A stretch of DNA of 64,000 nucleotides. Origin: Camelus ferus. Lineage: Eukaryota. Where the stretch lies: assembly GCF_009834535.1 (NCBI RefSeq), contig NC_045697.1, positions 70,186,001 to 70,250,000 of the forward strand. The letters are read 5' to 3'. Below the pieces are notes generated by a model. It saw only the letters and a program-made list of their open reading frames with translations, did no database searches and was not told the DNA's origin. The position numbers and the translations under genes are program-made. Below are positions 11,403 to 25,284 of the stretch, piece by piece (the stretch's first letter is position 1; each line of letters opens with the position of its first letter).

Positions 11403-13087
11403 GTAAGCTACGAACAGATACTTGACCTATGAGACATTATTTCAGGATAAAGGCGGGACAAAGCAGATTTCAATTAAATAGTGTTCACTTCTGTTGAATT
11501 CTGTGCAATACAATATGCAATTGGATATGTTCAGAAACAATTTTCTCAATTACTGCACTGCATACTATATTAATAAAATACATAAATATACATATTTCAG
11601 TATTACTTCAGGAGAAAACAATGTATTTTGTACAAAATAGATTTTTTCTTTTTACATGTTATTCAATGGATTGAGTAAAAGCACACATTTCTTTAAAATG
11701 GCCTATTTGTTTTATAGTGATATATACAATGAACAAAGAAAGAACAAAGGAAAAAACTTTTCGATTCTTCATAAGTTTAAGTGTGGGTAGTTCGCATATC
11801 GGGAAGACCTAAAAATGATCATTTTTGAGCAGTTTTTGAGCATTTTTTAAAATGAAATTTATACTTAAATTTTCACAAGGATCATTGAATATGGAAAATA
11901 CTGACTAGAAATAACTCTCCTGAACAATTCTGTAATTTCATCATAAAATTCTGTTTCTCCTGTCTTGGTTTCTTATAAGTTTTTAGATGGGACTTAAGTA
12001 TGGCTGAAAAGGTTTGAAATTCCCTTTTTGGGTGTTTAGAGTCAAACCAGAAAATTCAAGTTAAGAAACAAACACACTAGCTTGGGATTTGAATTAGCTA
12101 ACTCATTTGCCTGTACTATTTAAATTAAGTAAGCAAATGAATTCCTCGGTATTTGTGATATAGAATCACAATTTTATATGTCTTAACTGATGATAATTCT
12201 CAGTGAATCAAAAGTTGGGCAATTCCAAGAACCAAGCTCAAGAGGAGCTGAAGCCTTAATAACCCAGCGGACTGCAGCAAATTTGTACACTCCCTTTTCA
12301 TGGGAAACTTGGTCAGCGGGGGAATTTTATTAACCACACTGGGAGAGATGCCACTGTTGCCTTTCCTTTTCTGCTACTTTTGTGACCCAAATAGACCCAG
12401 ATCTGAATCACACAGTGTCAAGGAGGGCCGAGAATTACAGCGGAAACCACAAAAGAGCTGCCTTACTTTCTACTGACCATACAAGGTTTTAATAGTATAT
12501 TCCAAACCATAAAATTGAAATTATAATCTTTTTTTTTCTTTTGGAAATTCTCCTAATCACCCTTGAAAATTACTTTACCATTTAACCAGCAGTAGCTTTC
12601 GTAAACAAAGGGCAGGTGGGAATGAATTTATTTCCAGGGCTACGTTGGCCTCGGCAGACATTTCAGTTTCTCAAATCCCTTCCCTTTGGACTTATTTCCT
12701 GGTGGGGTCCAACCCTCACTCATTTTTGTTCAAGTTTTGGTCACTGGCAATGGAGAAGGGATGTTGAAGCCAAGGATTGTTGTCCTTCCCCATGTCTCCC
12801 TGGTCCTGGCACAGTGCATGGCGCTTTGGGTGAGTGAATGAATAAATGAAGGGATAGATGGCTGCAGGTTGCAGCTCTTTGTATCCTTCAAAGCCTTTGT
12901 AACTTTTATCTCCCAGCATCCTTGTCTTTCTCCAAGCAAAGTCAGCTCCCTTCTTTTAAACTCTCCTCTAGACTCTAGTTTCAATCCTTTTGGTCATTTT
13001 CTGTGCTCCTTCCTGGACTTTCTCCAAGTTAAGGAATGGTACATATTCTGCTCACCAGCAGGTTTCAAAACTCCCTTTTTAAAAGTT

Positions 13088-13568
13088 TTTTTTGTTTTAT
13101 TTTTATTTTTAATTGAATTATAATTGACGTACAATATTGTACAAGTTAGGCATATAATAAAATGATTCACAATTTTTAAAGGTTTTACTCCATTTATACT
13201 TATTGTAACATATTGGCTGTATTTCCAGTGTTGGACAGTACATCCTTGTAGCTTATTTCATACCTAACAGTTTGTACCTCTTAATCCCCTGCTTCCATGT
13301 TACCCCTCCCCTCATCCCTCTCCCCATTGGTAACCACTAGTTTGTTCTCTATATCTGTGAGTCCACTTCTTTTTTGTTATTTTCACTAATTTATTGTATT
13401 TTTTAAGATTCCACATATAAGTGATATCACACAGTATTTGTCTTCCTCTGTCTGACTTGTTTCACTTTGCATAATGCCTTCCAGTTTCATCTATGTTGTG
13501 GCAAAATTTCATTTTTTGTGTGGCTGAGTGGAATTCTATTGTGTGTGTATATGTACCACATCTTCTTT
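13088..13568 (-). mobile_element. LINE-1 3' end
   Basis: T-rich tail, aattgaattataattgacgtacaatattg...attccacatataagtgatatc...gtaccacatcttcttt. Confidence 0.85.
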
Positions 13569-16179
13569 GAGAGCAAAGTGAATGCAGTATTTTCTGGTTG
13601 AACTTTTCTGGCACTGATCCAATCACTAGATAAAGGCTCCACAAGACTGCTCCAAAGTAAAGGCTATTCAATGTTATATTTGGGACAAGTTAAGTTTCCC
13701 TGTAAATACACTAATCTGACTAAAGAAGTTTTGTGATTAATGCACTAGGGATTATAAGGATTTGTAATCCAGAATCCTATAGTAGTTTTCTTCAAAGCAA
13801 AACTTGCTGTATCATTATCATTACTATAATTGTTATTTTATTTATTATGATAAAACTCAGGAAACTAGTATTTTTATCCTCTCCACGGTCTCCTCTGTCC
13901 TATTCATTACACAATGGGGAATTTGCTGCTATTTAAGCTCCTGCTACAGACTCAGGGTGCTGATATATTCTTGACAAACTGGCTTTCAGCCCTTGTATTA
14001 GATTCCAGTAACCTATGAATATTTCTTTTATCTGTCCCTGCCAAATGAAGGCAAAGCCACCAAAGCTGGGAACAAGGCACAAAACTGATGACATATGAGT
14101 GTTCCAATTTTGTCCCCTGGGACAAATAGACCTTAGGAAACAAGATAACATGCTGAGGTTATGATGACTTTTAAGTCCAGAAGGTCCTTGGAAGTCACAG
14201 AGTCAGCACCGCATTGTGAACAACAAATGAAAACTGGGGTTCCACCTTCTAAAAACAGATCTCTTCTTGTTTATTCAAGACTTGGCTCCTGGTGTTGGCT
14301 GCCAGTGATCAGGAGCCCTCCAGGCTGATGTTTCCTTGTTCACCACCAGATGAAGTGCAAATTCTTATTAAAATTTTTGTTCGGTTCAAGATCACAGGGG
14401 GAAGCCTTTGCCAGCACGATGGACAAGGCCCTGCCAGGGTTCTCACCTCCAGATCCCTGGAATGGGAGGGACTAGGATTGGGTATTTCAGGCCACTCCTC
14501 TCAGTCCAGACCCCAGTCAGGCCAGCCTCGCCCTGCAGGGCCCTGGTAGTGAGTTTATTTAAGAGAGACTTTCACTCATCCGCTGTCAGGGATGGCATCC
14601 CCTCTGAGGTCCAAATAGCCAACAACCATACACTTGCACCGTACAGTTTTTTATCTGTTTAATGTCTTCAGTACAGTGAAACCAGAATGCTTGGTTCTGG
14701 GTCATAAGAAAATATTCGTACTCAGGATAGGTAAAAGCTTTAACCTAAAGGGGTGAATATTGTTTTAAGATTTTTTTTTCTTATTTTATTCCTATTCTCT
14801 ATTCCTTAAACTGCAGGATTACTGTTTCCTAACCTGAAGAATGAGGATTTTGTAAACGAGATCTAACTCTCCTGACAACCTTAAGATTCTATTATTATAA
14901 TTTTCCCTTTCCCTTGTTATAATCTGCATTTAATCTCTCTAATCTCCATGAAAGTTTCTGTTCACTCTAATTTCTCCTTAGTGATACCCATTAACACTGT
15001 TAAGATCTTTCTAATTCTCAAAACCCAGTCATCTCCCAAGTGTATCACAGAGATACACTATTGTACCCACTTGCTTTTTATTCTCTTCATTGGCCCTTTT
15101 ACCTTCTAACGTATTTTTAATTCACTTATTAAAAAAAAAAACTTCATACTCATACGTAAACTCTATGAGAAGAGGGGTTTTTGTTAGTTTATTTTTTTCC
15201 TCTGTGTCCCGGCACCTAAAAGAATAAGTGCTAATCATTATTCACAAGGTTCCGCGGTGGGTGTCCCATTACCAATGCCCACATTGCTGCCTCTACAACA
15301 CCACAACCAGCAAGCTACTGACACTTTTCACTTCCAAAGTCTATACAAAGCATCATTTGAAAATGGCCATTTGTGTTGTGCGTATGCTCAATAATGATTA
15401 AATTCAGACTCTGCCTTTCATTTGTGATAGTAAGATGTTAGGTAAAACTTCTATTCATATTTGTACATGGCTTCTAAATTCAATTCAAATGGATCTGGAA
15501 ATCTGAGACTTTTTTTAGTATAGATATGTTTGGTCCATTATTGTAATTGGCTGAGTTTCTTATGTATAGTCTTGGAAAATGTAGACAGCTTTTATCTTTA
15601 TGCTTAAAATGTCTGAATATAATTATTATTATTAATATTATTATTAAAACAAAATTGCCTCTCCCATTACCTTTTCTTTATATTGCAGTACTTTTGTCCA
15701 TGATGGACGAGGACGATGTACAATTTATTATAGAAATTACTGTGTTGTGGCTTTAATTACCTAACTAGCATGAAAAACTATAGCATAAGTCATGTCCTTG
15801 CTTGTGCTTACCCGTTATAGCAGTTGGTTCTCTGTTTTGAAGAGCCTATCTTGTTCTTTCTCAAATGTCAAATTTCCACTTCTCTTTTTGTTTTGATGTG
15901 GGGATTCCCAACCTTTTGATAACTGCTACAGTTATTATTATTTTATTTTGTGACACCCGCCATTTTACCCAGGCGGCATTTAAAAATCTTCACATTAAAA
16001 TTAATTTTAATTTGAGAATGATGTGACACTTCTGAAAATAATTGGTGACAACTTGAAATGTTGCCAAACCACAACCAGGAGTCACTTCTTTATGTTTGCC
16101 AGAAATAGAAATGTTCTTAGCTTGTAGATGAGGTGTGTTTGAAAAAGGGAAAAGCAGGCAAGGGGATGAAACCAGCCTC

Positions 16180-17510
16180 TGTGGAGAGTTTACTAGGTTC
16201 CAGGCATTCTATTAGATGTTTTCACGTATACCAAATTGTTTAACCTGCTGGACCACCCTCAGTAATGCATAAAGCAGTCCCATTTTCAGATGAGGAAATA
16301 AAAACTCAGATATTTTAAGTTATTTGCTCAAGGTTGCACACCCAGAAAGCATTGGCGCCGAGACCGGAATCCAAGCTAACCTGGTTCTAAACCATGTGTG
16401 CTGTCCATTCGTTTACTGTCTCGGGAAACTGGTCTCCCGTGACACTGCCGTGCACTGTTGCTCTGCACAGCATGGCCTTGAACAAATTTGGGTGGGAGGA
16501 ATCCCTGCCACATGATGTAACAGAGTGTTTGTAGGATCGATGGGGCTACAATACACGTCTTAGTCCTCAGTCTTTTTAAAGTCTGTGACAGTATTTTTGG
16601 TATATGCTATAAAGCCGCTGTTCTAAAGAATGTCATTCAATTTGAACTTCTATCTTTGTGTTTATTGCCGTTCTTATTTTATTTACATGAATTGCCATTG
16701 GAGAAATTGTACCAAAGGAAATCACAGAACATGAAAAGGATGACTAGGAAGCATCCTCCCCATTTCATTCATGCTTCTCCAGTGAGGATATAAAACAGCC
16801 TAGGAAAATGTAATAATGTAAAGCAAAATTTAGAATTTGAAGAGAAGGTGGAGGAGAAGAAAAATGAGAGGCAAAAATAAAATGACATCCAGAGTGAAGT
16901 ATACCAGATGAATATTGTACATTTGCAGAAACAGGATAAACATTTGGTTACTAAGCATCCTAAAATTTCTTGCCCCTCAGTTTGGGCCTGTGAGTTTAAC
17001 TAGATTCACAGAATGTTGGAACTGGAAGGGGGCTCAGAGACCATTTAATTTTTCCTTTACAAACGAAGAAACTGAGGCCTGGTGAGAAATGTTGGAACAA
17101 AAACTCACATCTCCTTTTCTCATGCTTCCTCTTAAAGGATCCATTTCTTCGAATTTTGACTTATGCATGTGATCTCTTGCCCACAATAGCCAGAGTACAA
17201 CATTTCACATGCCACAGAGAATTTCCAAGGTGGTGATTATCACCAAGGCTGAGAAAAATGTATGGTATAACAAGTAAACATGTGAACTCCCAGTTTTAAC
17301 TCCAGCCTTTGCTATGTACAAGCTGTGTGTCCTCAGGCAAGTTATGTAACCTCTCTGAGCTTCAATGTCATCCCTTTATAAAACTGAGCTGATGGTAATT
17401 GTTGATACCATAATGACTTTCTGTGGAGATTGAATGAAATTACGCATGAAAGATTTTTAGAATGATTCTTAGCATGGCATAAATACTCAAGCATTATTAC
17501 TGTTATTTAA
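16180..17510. mobile_element. Cluster of MIR fragments (about 16180-16400, 17005-17090, 17280-17500)
   Basis: MIR core motifs cccattttcagatgaggaaa, gaaactgaggc, ggcaagttatgtaacctctctgagc. Confidence 0.65.
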
Positions 17511-18432
17511 TGAAGCCTTTTTATGGTAATTCATCCCATCATATTATATGCTAGAGCTATAAATTCTTTGGAATATCATGAAGAGTTGGTTTAGGACAAT
17601 TGGATTTGCGTTTATCAAATATTTGTGATGTCTTTTTCAAATTTTAAACCAGTTCCATAGTGAATTCATATGAAAGATGGAATCAAGTACTCCAGAAAAC
17701 AGTGACGTGACTTGACTTGGTTGTTGTAACAACCTTCTCCTGCCCTAGCTAACTGGTCTGCTTCTCAGACCTCAGTGTAGTTCTCCCTGTGAGACTGGAA
17801 ATCGAATATTAAAGCCCCTTCACATGTAAATGAATGTGGCTTTACTGGCACCATTTTATGAAGAGTTCAAGTCCATTTGTAGAGCGGATAGCAAAAAAGA
17901 AGAGAAAGATCTTCAATATTCCTATAACCCCACCCGTTTCCCCAGAAAGTCACTTCCCATTGGCAGGAGGAGACAGAGGAACCCACCATGCATATGCCAA
18001 TTGGAAAGCTTGGTTTCTGAACCTGAGGGCTATAATAAAACATGGATGGGGATGATCTTATTTTAATTTAATTCATAATTAACAAATATGTCTTGAGTGT
18101 CAACTATGAGCTGCGCATTGTTGACCACTGATAATACAGTGATGAAACAGGTGTGATCCTTGCCTTCAAATATCTTACAGTCTAGCTGGGAAACCTGATG
18201 AATGAGCTCTAGCTTTCGTGCATAAAAGGAATACTCTAAACAAAAGTTTCCCTTCTACCATGTGCCCTGCACTACACCCTGTTTTAGGTATCAAACCAGC
18301 GCTTGAGGCTTGAGACTGTCCTTCCTCTTTTTCTGAATTCCTGCTGAAATACAAGACAAGGAGCCCTTCAGTGCGCTCTCATAGTATTACACACGGAGTA
18401 GGAGTCCTGTGAGTTACAGTTCAGCCAAAGCT

Positions 18433-19118
18433 AATGGAAATGCCTGCCTTGGTCCTGCTCTGATCACCTCAAAAATGTACCCTCCCCCCACCCCCCGCCC
18501 CCAGCATTTCTGATACCAGGTTTCAGGTCAAAGGCAGGAAACAACAGCCCCCTTCATGTAGTTCAGAAACTGAAGTGAAACTTACAGTCAGGGTTCCAAA
18601 CTGTGGTTGAAGATCTTTCTCTCTTCTTCCTCTTCCAGCCCCTGCCTCCTGTTGCCTTTTATCTGAATCTTCCCACCAAATCCTGGAGTTAATTTGGTCT
18701 GAGTAGCACTAACCCAGCTTTCCTGTCTTACGGAGCCAACGCACTGTCTTGAAACTTCGGTGGAACTTACAATGAACCTGTGGTGGCTAAAGCAGATAAA
18801 TTTCTTTTGATTGCAAATGATAGAAACGAATTCTGGCTAGCTGAATTAAAAAAAAAAATAGGAGTACAGGGAGAGAAGTGGGGTTTTTTGGAAGGATATT
18901 TATATTCCCGCTCAGAATTTAAGGGCAAGACAAACAAGAGACAGTAAGGAATCAGCCCAGCGTTCGTGGCAGCTCTGAAGCTCTCAGCAAATTGAAATGC
19001 CTGCTTTTGTCCTCCTCTGATCATCTCAAAAATGTACCTCCACTGAGCGTTTATGAAACCAGCTTTCATGTCAAAGGCAGGAAACAACAGTCTCCTTCAT
19101 GAACTCAGACATTGAAGT
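18433..19118 (+). repeat. Diverged local direct repeat: copy 1 18433-18576, copy 2 18990-19118
   Basis: gaaatgcctgc.t..gtcct.ctctgatca.ctcaaaaatgtacc...gtcaaaggcaggaaacaacag...ccttcatg...tcaga.a.tgaagt shared by both copies; 21-nt identical core. Confidence 0.9.
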
Positions 19119-19967
19119 TAGTGGACCTTCTCTCCAGAGAAGTAACTGAGCAGATCTCTGAATCAGCCCAGTGAGAGTGTCCAGGTTAGGCGTATGTGGG
19201 GGAGGGCCAGGGTCTGCAGGGGGTCTACCTCTGTGTGAGGGGATGGGACGGTCTCTACAAAAGGGGAGATCATTGTAAGCCTGGCAGCCATGCCCTGAAG
19301 TCCATGTACTGGCCCTTCCTTGGGCAGAATGGTGGGCTAAGGAGACCTGTCTCTCAGGAAGCCAGATTTTTATCAGCAGAAGTTATCATTTTATAAGTAG
19401 TTCATCATTTTCTCCATTCCCCCATTCAATCTAGCTTCAGTCATGGTCTTGCTAGTTAAACTCAATCTATAGTCAATTCTGCTTTCCTGGTTGACTCAGT
19501 ATTATTTACCTTAGTCTATCTATTTGTTGGTTGAACTATAGAAGAGGTTTTCAAAATAGAATTAGGGCCCCCCCAGTGGAGATTGGGAGAGCCCAACTTG
19601 AAGCTTCTGTCCTATCCTGTCCTTGCCCCAGGCTGGGGTGACTGTGGACCTGGGAGGCTGGTTCATCTCAGGCTCTTAACTGCCTTAAACCTGAATTACT
19701 GTAACATTCATTCATTCATTCATCCATCAAGCCTTCACTACGTCAGAAACTCTATCAGGAGGTAAGGATACAGAGATAAATCTGGCACCAGACCCGGTCT
19801 GAAGGGACTCAGGGGGCTTGGAAATGCACGTGTTAGAAAGGTAACAGCTTTATAATATCAAGTGGTTACAGCACTGCGGGCTCAGGCAGTAGCCCTGGCC
19901 CAGAGGTCCTTACACTGCGCCACAACTGGCCCCTCTGGCTATGCTCACCTCCCAGAAACTGACACCA

Positions 19968-20393
19968 TGGGAAGCAGGATGATGGCCTCCCCAGCCCGCA
20001 AATGGTGCTCACAGCTTTCCCCAGAAATAAGAATGTTATGTTACACGGCAAGAGGGAATTAAGTTCGCAGATAGAATTAAAACACTAATTAGCTGACTTT
20101 AAGAAGTGGAGTTTAGCCTGGCTTGTCCATGTGTACCCATTTTAATCACAAGGGAAGGATGGAGACAGAAGAGGGGGAACTGGAGAGACAGAGACATAAG
20201 AAGGACTTGACCTGCAGTTGCTAGCTCTGACCCCTGGAGCCTCCAGAAGGAACCAGCCCTGCCAACACCTTCACTTTACATTCACTTTAGATTTCAGGCT
20301 TCTGGCTGCCAGAACTGCCAGATAATAAATTGGAGTTATTTTAAGTCACTGCACTTGTGACGATTTGTCACAGCAGCAATAGGAAGCTAGTGC
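19968..20393 (+). mobile_element. MLT1D-like LTR
   Basis: atgttatgttacacggcaagaggga...cagccctgccaacacctt...tttgtcacagcagcaataggaagctagtgca. Confidence 0.8.
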
Positions 20394-22751
20394 AGGTGGA
20401 CATATACCCAGGATATGCCTGGTTCTATGCAAAGAGATAGAGGACTGACTGGGTGTATCTTTTTAGAACATCACTTGAAATAGGATGACAATTTAGCATT
20501 GACTTTGAAGATGAAGCACAAGATTTCACATTTTTTCTAATTTGTGAGCTGCTTTGAGCCATGGCTCCAGGCTCCCTCTTCTCCACTGTCAGGTGGGAGT
20601 GTTGAAGAGGCCTCAGTTTGTCCCAGCACTGTGGTCAGTGACTACTAGACTACTGCCATGTCTACCCTGAGCACAGCGTTACAAATAAGTCTTGTTTAAC
20701 TTCACATTTCAAAATCCACATTCCCAAAGATGGCAATCATTGGGATTTCACTTAAGGATTTAAAAATACTCATATCAAGGCACGATAACATCTAACATTT
20801 TTATAATCCTTTCACAAACACTTTATTAGTTTTAGCACTAAACTGCTTCATGAAGAAAGAGTAATCATTCTCACTTGTCAGAGGAGGAAACAGAAGCTTA
20901 GAAGAGAATGTCCGAAGTCAGCAGGTGCTGAGTGGCCGTGATGGCTCTTTCCACGATGCCACGGTGACCGCCAGGAGGTGTTTCTCCGGGGTAGGTCACT
21001 CAGAAGCCACCCTCAAGTTCATCAAACCCCTGCCATGTCGCAGCTGTGCCCTTGCAGCCCCTGAGCCTGCACAACGGCTGCTCCTGATTTAGGTGCTGCT
21101 GCTTTTTCATTATGACTGTAAAACGGTAACCGGCCCCTTGTCCTGCTATGACTGGATCTGCTCTCGTGAAAGGATCGCATTGACAGGAGAGAGCACAGAC
21201 AATGCGTGAGAGCAAGACTGGGGCTTCTGATAACTGCAAGGCCATTTTTCATTGTATCCCAAAGCTCCTGCGGTGAACTGGGTGCAGAGAAAGGAGGAGG
21301 AGGCCACTGTTTTCCGGGGGGCAGAGATCAGAGCCCCTCTTTTGGCCGTTTTCAATGCTCCTTTTCACTTTGCCGCAGGGCACTACCTGGGCCCAGGTAT
21401 CAGTACGTTGTGTGTGCTCAAGCCTCATAGAAAGGTTTCGCCTTGTTCATAGGTTTCTCATTATTATTAAGGTCTTTTTTTTTTTTTTACTCAAAGGTTT
21501 CTTTTCTTTCCTCCTTGTCCCTCTCTTACTCCAGTCTAAGGTTCATACTTTCTATGATCTCTTCATCCCCTTGTCAAAGAAGCCTTCCTTGACCCTGTAT
21601 AAAATACCACCCTCTCCTGACCCGACTCTTCTCACTCTCTGTTCCTTTACCTTGCTCTGTTAGGGTTTTCATGACAATTCTCTCACAATACATTTTTTTT
21701 CAAAAATTTTTCTATCTCCCCTGTCTCCTTTGTCTGCTGCTGTGTCCCCAGTGCCTAGACAAGGGCCCAGCATTTAGCGGAGCCCAGTAAATATTTGTTG
21801 AATGAATTACTGAATTCTTTACATCTCCCCTAGTGTATGGCACAATCCCCAGCCTGCCATAGAAAAGATCCTAGTGAAATAAAAATGCAAGAAGCCATAG
21901 CAAGGGGGAGATGTAACCCTTAACTCACTTTTTTGTAGCCAGTTTCTAGTTTATGACTTGGAGGAAGTGTCAGGCGAAGGGACGGATGCAGAAGGGGTAA
22001 TGTCAGAGCGTTGAGTCAGAGGCACTCTCAGTCCTCCGAATGATGCACCCAAGTCCCCAGCACCTGGGCCCTGCCTGCTCCCCCCAACCTCCGGCCTCCA
22101 GCTGGAAGTGAAGGTAATGACATGGGAGCCCCAGTCTGTTCACTTCCAGAGAAAAGCAAAGGCTTCATTTCCTTCAGCTGTTAACTGGTTGGCAGGAGAC
22201 AGCACAGCAAATGCTATGAGCTCCTATTTTTGAGATCCACTGATTTGTTGCAAGTTGTTCTGAAACTAGTAAGAAACGGGGCAGTGGAATGAATCCTCCT
22301 ATACCCAGTGTATTTGCTTAGTTCTGTTTTCATGGCTTTTGTAAAACCTCCCTGGAAAATCTCATTATTGCTTAAGGTCCGGAATGGTGTCACCTCCCCT
22401 AGGGCAGTGTTTCTGAAACCTTCGATAGAAGGGCTCATCAGGGCCTCTGGGTGCCCAGCATGCTTGGTTCACGTGACTGTTGCTGGTCTCATCACCAGGA
22501 TCCCTTAAGTGACTATTCATGGCCAGCTCTGTCTGAGCACTAGGAGGCCAGACACCATCCCATGCTTTTATCTCTAGCATCCTGCTTAAGTGCCTGGCAC
22601 ATAGTTTGTACTTGATAAATGTTGAGAAAATGACTAAGTAAATTCATGAAAAACAAAAGACTTCACAATCTAGCCACCGTTATCCAGTTGTTAGCATTTG
22701 GAGCTTCTTCCTGGGGCTTCTATTTGATTATGCTTTTTCATTTTCATTCAG

Positions 22752-22882
22752 GCACTCTGATCGTCCTGAAACATCCGTATCCAAGAAAAGTGGAAGAACC
22801 TTCCATTTATGAGTCTGTCCGGGTTCACACAGCCATGCAGACGGGAAGAACAGAAAATGACCTGGTGCCCACTGCGCCTTCG
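22752..22882 (+). CDS. DAPP1: DAPP1 coding exon 4, linker with IYESV phosphotyrosine site
   Basis: cattcag|GC ACT CTG...CCT TCG|gtaagt; 131 nt; GTLIVLKHPYPRKVEEPSIYESVRVHTAMQTGRTENDLVPTAPS (visible in track ORF 22646..22924). Confidence 0.97.
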
Positions 22883-23649
22883 GTAAGTGGCCGTCCCTCT
22901 GCCCACAGCGCTCTCACTATCTAAAAGTGATAACGTGCAATAAGAGGGTTACACACTTTTTAAAGTGCGTTTGTTCACATAAAAATGCTAACTTGGGATA
23001 TAAAACCTGGAAAGGAACACAAAGTTCAAAGGAACACAAAGTTGAGACTCAGATCACCTGGTCCAGGGTAAACTGTAAAAAGCTGCAATGCAATAAGATT
23101 TTTAAAGACTTCAAAAATGGCACTTAAATACCAACCCTTACTTAACCAAATAAGTTCATGGTAGAAGGAGCAAGAGATGTTTATGCTCACACAGTTAGCT
23201 AAACTGTTATTCTACAAGTTTCTCAAATTAAGAGAAAAAATTGTTTCTTTTACATTTCAACTTTCTATGGAAGAAAAAGATTCCCCATCTTGACTATAAA
23301 CTCTCGGGATGTTATTTTTTTCCAGGGCTTTTTATTTTTCCCTTCACTGAATGAAGGGAACAGACAGAAGACACTTGCACATCTTTGCAATGTGTGCGCC
23401 ACTGCTCAGTTTCAGGACGCCTGGAACTTTCCTTGTTCTCCTCAGAGTCCATTTATTTTTGTTCTGTGGGCTGCGACCCGGCAAAGTGTCCTTTCCACAC
23501 TCTCTTCCCTTCATTATGCCCAGGGCTCCTCTGTTCTTTTTCTCCGCATACTCCGCTGTGAGACATCTGGAAGTGTGCAGATGATAAAGAGGGCAACGCC
23601 CAAGTGACATTTCAAGAACTAGTTCTAGATCTGCAAATTATATTAAAAT

Positions 23650-24150
23650 ACGCATGACCTTTTGTCTCTGCGGTACTTCTACCCTGCCACTAGAGACATC
23701 TCTCCTAAAAGGCAGATTTCCCACGTGACCTCGCCGCTTAACATCCTTCAGCCGCGCGGAGGGTCTTCGCCGCCGCCCTGGACCCTGCGCCTCTCCCGCC
23801 TCACCTCACGCTCCGCCCACACTCACGCTGGGGAACCGAGTCTCTCACCAGCTGTGCTCGTCCCCGCATCTGAAATGCAGCCGACATCACTACTGTGCCC
23901 TCATCCTTCCAGACTCGAGGCAGGGATCAGTATCTTCCGGGAAGCCTTCCTGGACCCCTCCAACTTCCCCTAAAATGCCCCTCCGCTGTGTTCCGAGCAT
24001 CCTCTGCTCACCTGCATCCTGGAATCATCGCGCTGGAGGCTGGCTCCCCGAGCGTGTCCGCCCTCCCCCGGCGCCTGACTCTTCTCCGGACGGGAATCAT
24101 AGCCACCTTCCTAGCTTAATAGTGCAGCCAGGTTCAGGGCACATATTACA
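23650..24150 (+). mobile_element. Degenerate L2 3' fragment, unusually CpG-rich
   Basis: L2-like order (tctcctaaaaggcagatt...cctcatccttccagactc...ttccgggaagccttcctggacc...) with about 30 CpGs counted by eye in 23720-24095. Confidence 0.5.
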
Positions 24151-25284
24151 TTGTTACTACGCTACGTCTACTCCAAAATAAAAACCCTGGAAATTGGTTG
24201 AGAAAGATATTTTAGCTTTGTTAGAGTTAGAAGAGGAAGCATTAGATCTCAGAACTGGAGAAATTTTAGAAAGCAAGACAATAGTTCCAAGTCAGAACAG
24301 ACCAAAGAACAAATCCTCTACCTTCTAAGCAATCCTTTGTTTTCCAGGAGACCATATTCTTCCTGCCTAACCTACCTCTTTACCATCCTTTCCCTGCCGC
24401 CAGTCACTCCAACATCTTTCTCATTTGTACTCTCAGTTTAAGTTTACATTCTCCTGTTACCTTCCTATAAAGATCTCCACTCAAGGTTAACTGAACTATA
24501 CCCTACTATGTGTGACCTTTATCAACAGTAAAATGCAGATAAAACCTAATTTGTGGAGTTGGTGTGAGCATGACACATAGCATACTTAGGTAGAAAGAGA
24601 CCTCTGGAGACCAAGTTCTGCCAGCCTTATTGCTTTCCTTCTTTGCTCACTCCAAGTATCAGATAAATTCATCCACCCAAGTATCCAAATATGACCACAC
24701 ACAGAAGGTTCTGTATAATGGAGTTTTTTAAACAGTGGTGAGTGAATGGTTGAAAACGTCTACATTCACACTGTCTAATGAGAGGTCCATGACATTTATT
24801 GTTCACTGACATAGACAGAAAACTAAAGGTTTCTTAGTGGATTCTCAAGGGTCTCACACTATTTCCCACTAAGGAATGACTGATAACTGGACCAGCCAGC
24901 TGGGGAAGCAGTTCTGATCCACTCAGATGCTCTTGTCCCTTACTGAGCACAAGCATTCACAGCCCTAACTGGTTACTTCCAACGCCTAGATGATACTGAG
25001 CCTCCACCGTAACCTGAGAGCTCTGGGGCTTCTAGACACCTGCTTTCTCTTTGGGGAATGCAGTTCTTGCACAAGCTCTGGCAGTAGAGGAAGAGAAGTC
25101 CTATTTACAGGAAAAAGAACTTCTTGCTTGAAGTGAAAATGAAAATCGGTGTCCTACTGCCCCAGATGTAGATGCTTCTGTAAAACTGTCTGCCATCCGT
25201 TGGCAACTGCATTTGGGGAAATTACTATTTATGTATTTTATAAACAACCTAGGATTGGGCTCCTGAGATAGGGTGAAATTTAGC

